Positions 9,260 through 20,108 of a DNA stretch of 64,000 nucleotides are shown piece by piece. Positions within the stretch are counted from its first letter, which is position 1. Every line of letters starts with the position of its first letter. The notes beneath the pieces are model-generated. The model worked only from the letters and a program-made list of their open reading frames with translations, was not told the DNA's origin and did not search any database. The stretch is from contig JABWCG010000002.1 in assembly GCA_013359225.1 (NCBI GenBank), positions 49,470 to 113,469 on the forward strand, in the 5' to 3' direction. Source of the DNA: Candidatus Buchananbacteria bacterium. GTDB lineage: Bacteria; Patescibacteriota; Patescibacteriia; Buchananbacterales; UBA6539. The position numbers and the translations under genes were made by a program.

Positions 9260-10315
9260 ATGAGTTCGGTTTTAATTTTGGTAATCATTTTAGTAATAGT
9301 AGTTTTGGGATTTTTAATAGCCTTTTTTATGCTGAGCCGTAAAATTGCCGACTTGACCGGTTCTCAGAAGTCAGACCAGTCTTTGTTAATGTTACAAAAT
9401 CAAATTAACGAAATTACTAAAACGCTGGATAATAAACTTGGTCAGTCAACGGAAGTATTACAGCGGCAATTTAGTGATAATTTGAGTATTGTTCGTAGTG
9501 TGGCGCAGGAGTTAACCAGTTTGCGTGAAACCAACAGACAGGTTCTGGGAGTGCAGGACCAAATTCAAAAATTAGAAAAAGTGTTGACCAGTCAGAAACT
9601 GCGAGGCAATCTTGGTGAGGCGGGTTTACAGCTGGTGTTGGAAAATATCTTACCGCCGACCGCATACAAAATGCAGTATAAATTTGATGACGGTGACCAG
9701 GTTGATGCCGCCATTTTTACCAAAGACGGCATTATCCCGGTTGATGCTAAGTTTTCTTTGGAAAACTATAACCGTATTATTGACGAGGTAAACGAAGATC
9801 GGCGGCTTAAGCTGGAAAATGAATTTAAAAAGGATCTGCAAAAACGCATTGATGAAACCAGTAAATATATTAAACCGGGTTTGGGTACGCTGGATTTTGC
9901 GTTTATGTTTATTCCGGCTGAAGCAATTTTTTATGATTTGTTGGTAAACGAAATTGGTGCCGTAAAGATTAATACTCGTAATCTTATTGATTATGCTTTT
10001 AAAGAGCGACGGGTGATTATTGTGTCGCCGACCACGTTTGCGGCATATTTGCAAACAGTGTTGCAGGGGTTAAATGCTTTGAAGCTGGAACAGCAGACTA
10101 AAGAAATTATTAAACGTGTTGAAATGTTGGGCCGACACATGAATAGCTACGGCGTTTTTTTAGATAAACTTGGTAACAGTATAACTACTTCGGTTAATAT
10201 GTATAACACTGCCGCCAAAGAATTTAAAAAGATTGATAAGGATGTGGTAAAAATTTCTGGCGGCAGCAGTACGTTTGATCCGCTGCAATTAGATAAACCG
10301 TCTAATGACAAATAG
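9260..10315 (+). CDS. rmuC: DNA recombination protein RmuC
   Basis: N-terminal TM, long coiled-coil, C-terminal RmuC-type region (IPVDAKFSLENY, FMFIPAEAIFYDL, IIVSPTTFAAYLQTV). Confidence 0.7.
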   Translation: MSSVLILVIILVIVVLGFLIAFFMLSRKIADLTGSQKSDQSLLMLQNQINEITKTLDNKLGQSTEVLQRQFSDNLSIVRSVAQELTSLRETNRQVLGVQDQIQKLEKVLTSQKLRGNLGEAGLQLVLENILPPTAYKMQYKFDDGDQVDAAIFTKDGIIPVDAKFSLENYNRIIDEVNEDRRLKLENEFKKDLQKRIDETSKYIKPGLGTLDFAFMFIPAEAIFYDLLVNEIGAVKINTRNLIDYAFKERRVIIVSPTTFAAYLQTVLQGLNALKLEQQTKEIIKRVEMLGRHMNSYGVFLDKLGNSITTSVNMYNTAAKEFKKIDKDVVKISGGSSTFDPLQLDKPSNDK

Positions 10316-11273
10316 TAACCAACAACAGTTTAGTGATTTAGAAAGGTCAGTGTTACGTACTTTGGCATTTTTTGACATTTTTGATTATCCGCTGACGCTG
10401 GTTGAACTGCATAAATGGTTGTATCAGCCGGCACGGCAGCATAATTTATCGGACATTCTTACGGTTGTACAGTCTGAAAATTTGAAGGGGATAATCCAAC
10501 ATCAGTTCGGCTTTTATTTTTTTGCCGGCCGCCAAGCAATTATCCGAATTCGGCTGGAACGGTATCAAATTGCCGAAAAGAAATTTAAAATCGCTTTAAA
10601 AACGGTTCGGTTTCTGCGCTGGCTGAGCGTGGTGGAGATGGTGGCGGTTTGCAATAACGTTGGGTACAACAATGGGACTGAAAAAAGTGATATTGATTTT
10701 TTTATGATTATCAGCAAGGGTCGGTTGTGGTGGGGGAGACTAATGATTACCTTAATTACGACAATACTTGGAGTGCGGCGCCACGGTGTTCGGATTGTTG
10801 ATCGAGTATGTCTTAGTTTTTATACGGCAACTAACCACTTAAACCTTACTGACATTTCACTGAAACCATTAGACCCCTATTTGGTGTATTGGTTTGCAAC
10901 GCTGGCGCCGATTTATAGCAAACAAAAAACCTACCAAAATTTTATGGCGGCAAATGATTGGCTGAAGACTGATTTGCCTAACTTTTACCAGACGCATCTG
11001 ACTAGCCGTCGGGAAATTACTGATTCGCCATTGGTTGTGGCCTATCACAAGCTTGACCGGTTTTTTGTGACCAGCTGGCTAGGCCGCTGGGCTGAGCGTT
11101 TTGCTCAATTGATTGAAACGCGGCACGTTAAAGGGTATTTAGGGGACGCCATGAACCAAAATAATACGCATGTAATTATATCGTCTGATATGCTGAAGTT
11201 TCATAAAATTGACCGCCGCGATCAGTACCGCCAGGCTTTCTTAGACCGACTCATTAAACTTCGCCTCGTATGA
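10305..11273 (+). CDS. hypothetical protein with nucleotidyltransferase-fold signature
   Basis: GTEKSDIDFFMI resembles the G[SG]x(n)DxD polymerase-beta-type nucleotidyltransferase motif; overlaps the rmuC stop by 11 nt (operonic). Confidence 0.4.
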   Translation: MTNSNQQQFSDLERSVLRTLAFFDIFDYPLTLVELHKWLYQPARQHNLSDILTVVQSENLKGIIQHQFGFYFFAGRQAIIRIRLERYQIAEKKFKIALKTVRFLRWLSVVEMVAVCNNVGYNNGTEKSDIDFFMIISKGRLWWGRLMITLITTILGVRRHGVRIVDRVCLSFYTATNHLNLTDISLKPLDPYLVYWFATLAPIYSKQKTYQNFMAANDWLKTDLPNFYQTHLTSRREITDSPLVVAYHKLDRFFVTSWLGRWAERFAQLIETRHVKGYLGDAMNQNNTHVIISSDMLKFHKIDRRDQYRQAFLDRLIKLRLV

Positions 11274-11896
11274 TGGACTATTTAGTTGAAAGAAAAAATT
11301 ATTTGATTTTTGTTTTTACCGTTGTTTATTTGGCCGCTTTTACGATTAATGCTATCTTCCACCAAAACTACGAATTTTTATATTATACGGTGTTATTGGT
11401 GGCCTTAATTTATATTATTACAACAATCCATCACCGCCTTCATTTGGGATTTTTTATCATTATCAATCTATCGGTTCTGGGTTTTTTGCACCTGCTTGGT
11501 GGCAATTTGTATTTTGGCCATCTGCGCCTGTACGATTTTTATATCATCGCTGGAGTTATTCGGTACGATAATATCATCCATACCTATGCAACTTTTATTG
11601 CTACTCTGGGGTTATATAGTTTAATTGAGCCGTTTATTGATGTTTCGTTAAAGAAACGATATTACGCGTTTGCCCTGGTTTTGATTTTGATGGCCATCGG
11701 CTTAGGGACAATTAATGAGCTAGTTGAGCTTTTCGCCGTATTGTTGTTTGATGTCTCTGAAAAAGTCGGCGGGTATTTTAATAATGCGCTTGATTTGTTG
11801 TTTAATACTTTGGGAGCAACGGCCGCTACAGTGGTAATTTACTACTATAACTATCGACCGAAATTTATTCGTCGCATTGATGGCCAGACTAACTAA
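11270..11896 (+). CDS. hypothetical polytopic membrane protein
   Basis: 208 aa, about 6 hydrophobic helices; start overlaps upstream stop, end overlaps downstream start. Confidence 0.5.
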   Translation: MMDYLVERKNYLIFVFTVVYLAAFTINAIFHQNYEFLYYTVLLVALIYIITTIHHRLHLGFFIIINLSVLGFLHLLGGNLYFGHLRLYDFYIIAGVIRYDNIIHTYATFIATLGLYSLIEPFIDVSLKKRYYAFALVLILMAIGLGTINELVELFAVLLFDVSEKVGGYFNNALDLLFNTLGATAATVVIYYYNYRPKFIRRIDGQTN

Positions 11897-13226
11897 AACA
11901 ATTGAATATCTGTTTTATCTTTTTATTTTTTTATTGCCCTGGCAGACGAGATTAATTTGGCGCGACGCTTCACTAAACGGCTTTACGTGGGAGTATGGTC
12001 GTTTTAGTCTTTATGGAACCGAAATTTTGCTGTGGGTGATTTTATTTTTGTATGCCGCTTGGCTAATTGTTAATCGCCCGACGGCAAAACTGACCGCTAG
12101 AGAATATCTTGCTTATTTGCGTCAGCCACGTGTTATAGCGTATTGGCTGGTAGTGATTTTTTTATTGCTGGCTGGTTTTTCGGTAATCGGGTCAATTGAT
12201 GCCGTGTTAGCATATTATCACTGGTTTTGGTTGATAGAAGCAGTAGCACTTTTTTCGTTAATAGTTAATTTTAATTTTTCATTGCGCCGCTTGGCGGTAG
12301 CTTGGGTTGGTTCGGCGGCGATTCAGTCAGTATTTGCTATTTGGCAATTTTTTAATCAGTATGTGTTTGCGAATAAGTGGCTGGGGCTGGCTTGGCAGTT
12401 TCCTACCCAGGGCGGTTCAATTATTTTGCAGACCGATAGCGAGCGCTGGCTTCGGGCATACGGCAGCCTGCCGCATCCAAACATCTTGGCAGGGTTTTTG
12501 GTAGTTGCTTTGTTGTTGCTGTTGTATTTGGCATTTTCGACCAACACTCGGATTCTATTACGAATTTTTATTTTAAGCAGTTTACTGGTAATCACGCCGG
12601 CGCTGTTTTTTAGTTTTTCCCGCTCAGCCTGGATTGCGCTGATTGTCTGTTTAATCGTGCTGTCATTTTGGCTATACCGTCGCCACGATAAAGCACTAAA
12701 CCGTACTTTTTATCAAATATTTTTATTACTGGTGCTTATGGTGGTGATTTTAGGATTGAATTTAACCGATCCGCTGGTTACCCGGTTGGTCGGCCGCGAG
12801 CCATTGGAAATTAGCTCTATTAGTTTGCGCATGACGTTTACCGAACAGGCCTGGAATATTATTCAAACTCGTCCGTGGCAGGGAACGGGTGTCGGCAATT
12901 ATACTCTGGGCGTTTATCATGATATTAATAGCAGCTGGCCGGGGTATTATTATCAGCCGGTTCATAATTTGTATCTTTTAATTTTGGCTGAAATGGGGAT
13001 TTTTGGCGCGCTGACGTTTGCGGCGCTGCTGGGGTTACTTGGGTATATGGCATTTCGTCAAGGGCCATCACTTGAAAAGATGATTATTATTTTAAGCCTG
13101 GCTTCATGTTTGGTTATTAGCTTATTTGACCATTATTTTTGGACTTTATATTTTGGTGTTATGGTTTTTTGGGTGGTGCTGGCCTTGAATTTTCGGGCCT
13201 TAAAAGGGGGGTTTGACAATTCTTGA
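11877..13226 (+). CDS. O-antigen ligase (Wzy_C) family membrane protein
   Basis: More than 10 TM helices, a periplasmic loop, and FSFSRSAWIALIV resembling the O-antigen ligase domain signature. Confidence 0.55.
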   Translation: MMARLTKTIEYLFYLFIFLLPWQTRLIWRDASLNGFTWEYGRFSLYGTEILLWVILFLYAAWLIVNRPTAKLTAREYLAYLRQPRVIAYWLVVIFLLLAGFSVIGSIDAVLAYYHWFWLIEAVALFSLIVNFNFSLRRLAVAWVGSAAIQSVFAIWQFFNQYVFANKWLGLAWQFPTQGGSIILQTDSERWLRAYGSLPHPNILAGFLVVALLLLLYLAFSTNTRILLRIFILSSLLVITPALFFSFSRSAWIALIVCLIVLSFWLYRRHDKALNRTFYQIFLLLVLMVVILGLNLTDPLVTRLVGREPLEISSISLRMTFTEQAWNIIQTRPWQGTGVGNYTLGVYHDINSSWPGYYYQPVHNLYLLILAEMGIFGALTFAALLGLLGYMAFRQGPSLEKMIIILSLASCLVISLFDHYFWTLYFGVMVFWVVLALNFRALKGGFDNS

Positions 13227-13259
13227 CAGTGCTTTTAAAATAATTTAATCTATACTATG

Positions 13260-13286
13260 TTAGCACTCTAAATATTAGAGTGCTAA
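13260..13286 (+). promoter_or_regulatory. CIRCE operator (HrcA box) in the groES promoter region
   Basis: Perfect TTAGCACTC-N9-GAGTGCTAA inverted repeat 40 nt upstream of groES; a TTGACA at 13213-13218 with a 17-nt spacer to TAAAAT gives a plausible promoter. Confidence 0.8.
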
Positions 13287-13326
13287 TTTAACCCCCTAAT
13301 TATTAATCATAACAGTAAAAAAACAT

Positions 13327-13602
13327 ATGAAATTAAAACCACTAGGAGATCGTATCGTGGTTGAACCTGTGACCGAGGCCGAAACTACTAAATCAGGCAT
13401 TGTGTTGCCGGCTACCATCGATAAAGAAAAAAAAGCTGAAGGTAAAATTATTGCCATTGGCGACGGTGATGACATTAAAAAGCTTGGATTAAAAACCGGA
13501 GATCGGGTGCTGTTTGGTAAATATGCCGGTGAAGAAGTGAAAGTTGATGGCGTTGAATATAAAATTTTGACGGATGAGGACGTTTTGGCAGTCATTGAAT
13601 AA
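13327..13602 (+). CDS. groES: co-chaperonin GroES
   Basis: 91 aa starting MKLKPLGDRIVVEPV; canonical Cpn10. Confidence 0.95.
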   Translation: MKLKPLGDRIVVEPVTEAETTKSGIVLPATIDKEKKAEGKIIAIGDGDDIKKLGLKTGDRVLFGKYAGEEVKVDGVEYKILTDEDVLAVIE

Positions 13603-13629
13603 TTAATAATTAATTTTTTGTAAAACAGT

Positions 13630-15285
13630 ATGGCTAAACAATTACTCTTTAATGAAGCCGCTCGCGGAGCGGTAAAAAAAGGCATCGATAAGGTAGCTGA
13701 TGCCGTTAAAGTCAGTCTTGGCCCCAAGGGCCGACACGTAGTTATTGATCGCGGTTTTGGTTCGCCGGTAGTAACCAACGACGGCGTCACCATCGCCAAA
13801 GAAATTGATTTGGAAGACAAGTTCGAAAATGTCGGAGCCTCATTGATTAAAGAAGTATCGGAGAAAACTAATGATGTTGCCGGTGATGGGACAACCACTG
13901 CCACGGTTTTGGCTCAGGCGATGATTGAAGAAGGTTTAAAAAATGTAGCCGCCGGAACTGATCCGATTGCGTTAAAGAGTGGTATCCAAAAAGCGGTTGA
14001 AGTTGCTGTTGAGGGGTTGAAAAAAATCACCAAAGAAGTTCAGGATCAAAAAGAAATTGCTCAAGTGGCAACTATTTCTTCGTTGGACCCCAAAGTCGGT
14101 CAGATGATTGCTGACGTCATGCAGGAAGTCGGCAATGACGGCGTTGTTACCGTCGAAGAGGGTCAGACATTTGGTTTGGAAAAAGAAGTGGTTCAGGGCA
14201 TGCGGTTTGATAAAGGATATGTATCGCACTATATGGTAACTAATGCTGAACGCATGGAAGCAGTTTTTGAAGATTCGTATATCTTGTTGACTGATCAAAA
14301 AATTTCCGCGGCGGCCGATATTGTGCCGTTACTTGAAAAGGTTGCTCAATCTGGTCGCAAAGAACTGGTAATTATTGCTGATGAAATTGAAGGCGAGGCC
14401 TTGGCTACGTTTGTGGTTAATAAATTGCGCGGCACTTTTAGTGTTTTGGGCGTAAAGGCCCCGGGTTTTGGCGATCGTCGCAAAGCAATACTTGAAGATA
14501 TTGCTGTGTTAACCGGTGCTCAGGTGATTTCCGAAGAAGTAGGCTTAAAGCTTGATGGCGTAAGTATTGATCAGTTGGGTGAGGCGCGAAAAATTATTGC
14601 CAGTAAAGATTATACCACTATTGTTGACGGACAAGGTGACAAAGAAGCTATTGCTGACCGAGTGGCTCAGATTAAGCGAGAGATTGAAAATACTGATTCA
14701 GATTTCGACCGGGAAAAACTCCAGGAGCGTTTAGCCAAACTAACCGGCGGCGTCGGAGTAATTAAAGTCGGTGCGGCAACTGAAACGGAAATGAAAGAAA
14801 AGAAATTTAAGATCGAAGACGCCTTAAATGCCACCAAGGCGGCGATTGCCGAAGGCATTGTCCCTGGCGGCGGAGCGGCATTGGCCAAGGTCGCCAACGC
14901 CTTAGACAGCCTGCTTAAAGAGCATAAGGTAGAACTGACTGATGATGAAAAGATTGGCGTTAAAATTGTTCAAAAAGCGTTGACCTCGCCTTTGCGACAG
15001 ATTGCCGCCAACGCCGGCATTAAAGACATTTCGCTGATTCTTAATGACATTACCGACATCAAAGATCATAAATCAGGCTACGACTTTGCAAATAATAAGA
15101 AAGTCGACATGCTCCAGGCGGGAATTGTGGACCCGATGAAAGTAACCAGAACAGCGCTACAGAATGCCGCATCTATTGCTTCAACACTGATTACTATGGA
15201 AACGGTAGTTACTGATTTGCCACAAAAAGATGATCATAGTCACGGCGCCGGAATGCCGGGCATGGGTGGCATGGGGATGATGTAA
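13630..15285 (+). CDS. groEL: chaperonin GroEL
   Basis: 551 aa starting [11 protein letters not shown] with [13 protein letters not shown], and C-terminal [11 protein letters not shown] tail. Confidence 0.97.
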   Translation: MAKQLLFNEAARGAVKKGIDKVADAVKVSLGPKGRHVVIDRGFGSPVVTNDGVTIAKEIDLEDKFENVGASLIKEVSEKTNDVAGDGTTTATVLAQAMIEEGLKNVAAGTDPIALKSGIQKAVEVAVEGLKKITKEVQDQKEIAQVATISSLDPKVGQMIADVMQEVGNDGVVTVEEGQTFGLEKEVVQGMRFDKGYVSHYMVTNAERMEAVFEDSYILLTDQKISAAADIVPLLEKVAQSGRKELVIIADEIEGEALATFVVNKLRGTFSVLGVKAPGFGDRRKAILEDIAVLTGAQVISEEVGLKLDGVSIDQLGEARKIIASKDYTTIVDGQGDKEAIADRVAQIKREIENTDSDFDREKLQERLAKLTGGVGVIKVGAATETEMKEKKFKIEDALNATKAAIAEGIVPGGGAALAKVANALDSLLKEHKVELTDDEKIGVKIVQKALTSPLRQIAANAGIKDISLILNDITDIKDHKSGYDFANNKKVDMLQAGIVDPMKVTRTALQNAASIASTLITMETVVTDLPQKDDHSHGAGMPGMGGMGMM

Positions 15286-15302
15286 TAAGGTTATCATTTA
15301 AA

Positions 15303-15340
15303 AAACAGGGCTTATCCAGTAAGGGCAGGCCCTGTTTTTG
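15303..15340 (+). terminator. intrinsic terminator after groEL
   Basis: cagggc...gccctg hairpin followed by TTTTTGG. Confidence 0.5.
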
Positions 15341-15412
15341 GTTGAAAAATTTTTGCGGCAAGCCTGGTTTTTTGGTATAATAAAATTGTTAATTAACCTA
15401 AATTAAAAAAAT

Positions 15413-15745
15413 ATGACTGACACTAAATCACAAAAATCAGTAACTTCGGAAGAAAAAATTTGGGGAGCGGTGAGCTATCTTTGGATTTTAAGCCTAGTGG
15501 CACTCGCCGCGCGTAAAAATAATCAATTTGTCAGGTTTCACGCCAGTCAGGGCGCGCTGCTGTTTGCAATCTCCCTTATCTTAATGTTGATTCCGGGAAT
15601 CGGTTGGTTGCTAAATATTTTGATCGGCATTGCGGCAATCATCGGGATTATTAAAGCTTTGCAGGGAGAAAAGTGGGAAGTGCCAGCGGTTGGTCAATTT
15701 AGCACCAAATTTGCCGATTGGTTGGTTAAAACCTTGAAATTATAA
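15413..15745 (+). CDS. small membrane protein (DUF4870-like, two TM helices)
   Basis: 110 aa starting EEKIWGAVSYLWILSLVALAA with conserved-looking QGALLFAISL; topology typical of DUF4870/YIP-like small membrane proteins. Confidence 0.45.
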   Translation: MTDTKSQKSVTSEEKIWGAVSYLWILSLVALAARKNNQFVRFHASQGALLFAISLILMLIPGIGWLLNILIGIAAIIGIIKALQGEKWEVPAVGQFSTKFADWLVKTLKL

Positions 15746-17239
15746 TTGATTATGAAACGAACCAAAATTGTTTGTACCATCGGACCCGCTTCGGAAAGTA
15801 AGACTAAAATTGAGCAAATGATTAAGTCCGGACTTAACGTCGCGAGGCTTAATTTTTCTCACGGCACTTATAAGCACCACACGATGCTGATAAAAAATAT
15901 CAGAGCGGTTTCGGCAAAGCTTAATGAGCCGGTGGCTATCTTGCAGGATTTACAGGGCCCGCGGATTCGCATTGGCGGCGTGGCTAAAGAGGGTATTAAG
16001 GTTGAGGCTGGTGAAGAAATTGTTTTGGTTCCAGAAAATTTTAAAATTGAGCTTAAAAAAATTTCAACCTTCATTCCGATTCAGTACCCTGATTTGTATA
16101 AAGACGTCAAACCAAAAGATCCGATTTTAATCGATGACGCCAAAATTGAGCTTGAAGTAATTGAGATAAAAAACAAGGCGATTCGTTGCCGGGTTAGGAT
16201 TGGCGACGTGATTAATTCGCACAAGGGGATGAATTTTCCTAAAACTGAAATTAGAACGCCGGCGGTGACCAAAAAAGATCGGCAGGACCTGGCGTTTGGT
16301 TTGGGGCAGGGTATTGATTTTGTGGCGTTGTCTTTTGTTAAAAATGCCAAAGACATTATTGATTTGCGCCGCACTATTCACCAGCTAGAATCCAGATTGG
16401 GACAAAAACAAAAAGATTTTAAGAAGCCGAAACGCAGCGGGAATTGGCCGGGAACACATACTAAAATTATTGCTAAGATCGAACGTCCCGAAGCGGTCAA
16501 AAATTTTGAAGAAATTTTAGCGGCCGCTGATGGCATTATGGTTGCGCGTGGCGATTTAGGTCTGGAAATTCCTTTAGAAGATTTACCACTGATCCAAAAA
16601 AAGATTGTCCGGCGTTGTGTTGAAGAGTCTAAGCCGGTGATTGTGGCAACACAGATGTTGGATTCCATGATTCGCTATCCGGTGCCAACCAGGGCGGAAG
16701 TTTCAGACGTCGCTAATGCTATTTTGGACGGAACTGACGCCATTATGCTGTCAGGTGAGACGGCTACCGGTAAATATCCTTTAAAGGCGGTGCAAGTAAT
16801 GAGTCGGATTGCCCATCAGGTGGAAAAAACGGAAATTGCTGAATATAAAGAAATTCAAGACAGCCTAAAGAAGCTGGGGGGTATTACCGAGACGGTCAGT
16901 TATGCGGTGCAAACTATTGCCGACGACGTGAACGCTAAATTAATTATTTGTGCTACCACTTCCGGCTTTACGGCCAGATCAATTTCTAAATACCGGCCGC
17001 AGATTAGTGTGGCCGCCTTAGCGGCTTCCGAAAAAACTAAAAACCAGCTGTGTTTGAGCTGGGGCGTTAAGCCGTATTATTTAAAGTTTGGCTCGTCATT
17101 TAGCGAACTAGTGGGACAAGCCAGGAAACTTTGTCAAAATAAACGATTGGTTAAAAAGGGTGGTGTTGTCGTCATCGCTGCTGGCCATCCTTTTGGCTAT
17201 TTAGGTCAGACTAACTTAATCAAAGTAGAAACAATTTAA
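15746..17239 (+). CDS. pyk: pyruvate kinase
   Basis: MKRTKIVCTIGPAS, NFSHG, MVARGDLG, and the full 3-domain length. Confidence 0.9.
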   Translation: MIMKRTKIVCTIGPASESKTKIEQMIKSGLNVARLNFSHGTYKHHTMLIKNIRAVSAKLNEPVAILQDLQGPRIRIGGVAKEGIKVEAGEEIVLVPENFKIELKKISTFIPIQYPDLYKDVKPKDPILIDDAKIELEVIEIKNKAIRCRVRIGDVINSHKGMNFPKTEIRTPAVTKKDRQDLAFGLGQGIDFVALSFVKNAKDIIDLRRTIHQLESRLGQKQKDFKKPKRSGNWPGTHTKIIAKIERPEAVKNFEEILAAADGIMVARGDLGLEIPLEDLPLIQKKIVRRCVEESKPVIVATQMLDSMIRYPVPTRAEVSDVANAILDGTDAIMLSGETATGKYPLKAVQVMSRIAHQVEKTEIAEYKEIQDSLKKLGGITETVSYAVQTIADDVNAKLIICATTSGFTARSISKYRPQISVAALAASEKTKNQLCLSWGVKPYYLKFGSSFSELVGQARKLCQNKRLVKKGGVVVIAAGHPFGYLGQTNLIKVETI

Positions 17240-17251
17240 TAAAATAAAAAT

Positions 17252-19651
17252 ATGTTATTCAAAAAAAAGTTCATCCTGTGGTTTGATGAATTAACGATTA
17301 AAGACGTTCCAAAAGTCGGCGGTAAGAATGCGTCGCTGGGTGAGATGTACCAAAAATTAGTTCCCCAAGGGATTAACGTTCCTAATGGTTTTGCCGTTAC
17401 GGCTCAGGCTTATTTTTATTTATTAAAGAAAACCGGTATAAGATATCAGATTCAAAAAGTTTTAAGCGATCTTGATACTCATGATATGAAAAATCTGACG
17501 GAGCGCGGTCAGAAAGTTCGTGATTTAATCTTGCGGGCGGAATTTCCCAAAGATTTGGAACAGCAAATTGTGACGGCGTACCATAGTTTAGAGCAGCATT
17601 ATGGCAAAGGCGTGGACGTGGCGGTTCGGTCATCGGCCACAGCTGAAGATTTGCCGGATGCTTCGTTTGCCGGCCAGCAGGAAACTTTTTTAAATATTCG
17701 CGGCCCGCAGGGAGTAATTGATGCAACGCGTCATTGTATGGCGTCGCTATTTACCAACCGGGCGATTTCATACCGTACCGACAAAGGCTTTGATCATTTC
17801 AAGGTTGGCTTATCGGTTGGCGTGCAGCACATGGTTCGGGCCGACAAAGCCAGTTCCGGCGTGATGTTTACGATTGATACGGAAAGTGGTTTTCGTAATG
17901 CCATTTTAATCAATGGGTCCTGGGGGCTGGGTGAAAATATTGTTCAAGGCAAAGTGACGCCGGACGAATTTTATGTTTTTAAAGAAACTTTAGAACAGGG
18001 ATTTAAGCCAATTATTTTAAGAAAACTCGGCGGTAAAAAAATTAAAATGATTTACGCCGCTAAAGGCAATAAAGTGGTCAAGAATATCAGTACGACCAAA
18101 GCCGAGCAGCAAAAGTTTGTTTTAAACGATAAAGAAATCCTGAAGCTGGCCGAATGGGGGCTGATGATTGAGAAACATTACAATCGGCCAATGGATATTG
18201 AGTGGGGAAAAGACGGTAAAACCAAGAAGCTGTATATTTTACAAGCTAGGCCTGAAACTGTGCATGCGGCTAAGAACAGTCAGGTGCTTGAAGAGTATCA
18301 GTTAAAGAAGCGCGGTAAAGTGATTGTTTCCGGTTCGCCGGTCGGTAGTAAGATCGCTAGTGGCCGGGCCAATATCATTAAGGACGCCAAGCAAATTAAC
18401 CAGTTTAAGGCCGGTGAAATTTTAGTGACTGATATGACCGATCCGGACTGGGAACCGATTATGAAAATTGCCGCCGGCATTATTACTAACAAAGGCGGTC
18501 GTACATGCCATGCAGCAATCGTTTCGCGCGAGCTTGGTATTCCCTGTATTGTCGGAACGGACGACGGCACCAAGAAAATTAAGTCCGGCCAAGAAGTGAC
18601 GATTTCTTGCGGCGAAGGCGAAATTGGTTATGTTTATGACGGTAAGCTGCCGTTTGAAATTAAAAAAACCAACTTGAAAAATATTAAGCGGCCCAAAACC
18701 AAGATTATGATGAATATCGGCCAGCCCGATATTGCGTTTAGCAGTTCGTTTATCCCTAACGACGGCGTTGGTTTGGCTCGTGAAGAGTTTATCATTGCTA
18801 ATCATATCAAGGTTCATCCGCTGGCGTTGCTGCATTTTAATACCCTAAAGGATAAGCAAGCCAAGAAAAAAATTGCGGCTTTAACGGTTGGCTATCAAAA
18901 GAAAGAACAGTTTTTTATTGATAAGCTTGCCGAAGGCGTGGGCCAAATCGCTGCGGCGTTTTACCCCAAGGAAGTGATTTTTAGATTGTCGGATTTTAAA
19001 TCAAACGAATATGCCAACCTGATCGGCGGCAAAGAGTTTGAACCAATTGAATCAAACCCTATGATCGGCTGGCGCGGTGCCTCCCGGTATTATGCGCCGG
19101 AATATCAGGAAGCGTTTATCCTTGAATGTAAGGCGTTTGTGAAAGCGCGCGATGTGTTTGGTTTGAAAAATATTAAATTAATGGTGCCGTTTTGCCGCAC
19201 GGTGGAAGAAGGCAAAAAGGTGATTGAGATTATGGCTAAACACGGCCTTAAACGCGGCGAAGACGGGCTTGAGGTTTACGTGATGTGTGAGATTCCATCA
19301 AATGTCATTTTGGCCGAAGAATTCAGTAAAATTTTTGACGGTTTTTCCATCGGCTCAAACGACCTAACTCAGTTGGCTTTGGGGGTAGACCGCGATTCGG
19401 CTTTAGTAGCACACGTATATGATGAACGTAATGAAGCGGTAAAACGCCTGGTCAGTCAGGTAATTAAAATCGCCAAAAAGAATAACTGCAAGATCGGTAT
19501 TTGCGGCCAGGCACCAAGTGACTTTCCAGACTTCGCCCGATTTTTGGTCAAACAAAAAATTGACAGCATATCGTTAAATCCTGATACGGTCATTAAAACA
19601 ACGCTTGATATTCTAGCTGAAGAAAAGAAAATGAAACGTAAAAACAGGTAA
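17252..19651 (+). CDS. ppsA: phosphoenolpyruvate synthase (PEP/pyruvate-binding, phosphohistidine and PEP-utilising domains)
   Basis: 799 aa, with GGKNASLGEM ATP-grasp-like N-terminus, mobile-domain GGRTCHAAIVSRELGIPCIVG, and C-terminal PEP-utilising TIM barrel with MVPFCRT. Confidence 0.85.
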   Translation: MLFKKKFILWFDELTIKDVPKVGGKNASLGEMYQKLVPQGINVPNGFAVTAQAYFYLLKKTGIRYQIQKVLSDLDTHDMKNLTERGQKVRDLILRAEFPKDLEQQIVTAYHSLEQHYGKGVDVAVRSSATAEDLPDASFAGQQETFLNIRGPQGVIDATRHCMASLFTNRAISYRTDKGFDHFKVGLSVGVQHMVRADKASSGVMFTIDTESGFRNAILINGSWGLGENIVQGKVTPDEFYVFKETLEQGFKPIILRKLGGKKIKMIYAAKGNKVVKNISTTKAEQQKFVLNDKEILKLAEWGLMIEKHYNRPMDIEWGKDGKTKKLYILQARPETVHAAKNSQVLEEYQLKKRGKVIVSGSPVGSKIASGRANIIKDAKQINQFKAGEILVTDMTDPDWEPIMKIAAGIITNKGGRTCHAAIVSRELGIPCIVGTDDGTKKIKSGQEVTISCGEGEIGYVYDGKLPFEIKKTNLKNIKRPKTKIMMNIGQPDIAFSSSFIPNDGVGLAREEFIIANHIKVHPLALLHFNTLKDKQAKKKIAALTVGYQKKEQFFIDKLAEGVGQIAAAFYPKEVIFRLSDFKSNEYANLIGGKEFEPIESNPMIGWRGASRYYAPEYQEAFILECKAFVKARDVFGLKNIKLMVPFCRTVEEGKKVIEIMAKHGLKRGEDGLEVYVMCEIPSNVILAEEFSKIFDGFSIGSNDLTQLALGVDRDSALVAHVYDERNEAVKRLVSQVIKIAKKNNCKIGICGQAPSDFPDFARFLVKQKIDSISLNPDTVIKTTLDILAEEKKMKRKNR

Positions 19652-19850
19652 TGTATTTGACAAATTAGTATAATAATGGTACAGTTTAACTTTCAGGGTT
19701 GGGCATTCAACAAGCCAAACTCGGAAAGGAGGCTGACCTTTGAAAGATCGCCATAATCATAGCCCCCCGTAGTTGATTTCGTATCTCGAAGTCGAAGCAG
19801 TAAACTGTGTGAGCTGACTAAACAGAAACCTTCAACTGGAGAGTATGACC

Positions 19851-20075
19851 ATGGCAACACGGATTATCTGGAACGTTTCAGACGGCAACGGCGGCACCAA
19901 GTCCAAGACGGTGGTTTGCACCACCAAGCAGGCTCAGCGGAAAGCGGAGCGGCAAGCCCGTGCGGAGGCGGGAATCTTCACCAAGGAGATTGTCTCCAAC
20001 GGTCACGCTACCGACCACCACATCCGCACCAACGCCACCCGGCGCAAATCCTGCCAGCGTCCCGCCTGTGTCTAA
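19851..20075 (+). CDS. small hypothetical protein encoded in a locally high-GC segment (possibly horizontally acquired)
   Basis: 74-aa ORF with strong G/C third-position bias unlike neighbouring genes; GGAGAG RBS 7 nt upstream of the ATG at 19851; followed by a strong hairpin terminator. Confidence 0.35.
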   Translation: MATRIIWNVSDGNGGTKSKTVVCTTKQAQRKAERQARAEAGIFTKEIVSNGHATDHHIRTNATRRKSCQRPACV

Positions 20076-20108
20076 CCAGGTAATCAAGTTCTTATCGTAA
20101 TTTCGTCG

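Noticed and set aside
13296-13904. 202-aa minus-strand ORF across groES and the groEL start
   Set aside because: Antisense to two unambiguous chaperonin genes.
16081-16668. Minus-strand ORFs inside pyk (16081-16374, 16127-16381, 16378-16668)
   Set aside because: Antisense to a well-supported pyruvate kinase gene.
19657-19674. TTGACA...TATAAT near the ppsA stop as a promoter for the small high-GC ORF
   Set aside because: The hexamers are separated by only 6 nt, so this is not a functional sigma70 spacing. The real promoter of that ORF remains unidentified.
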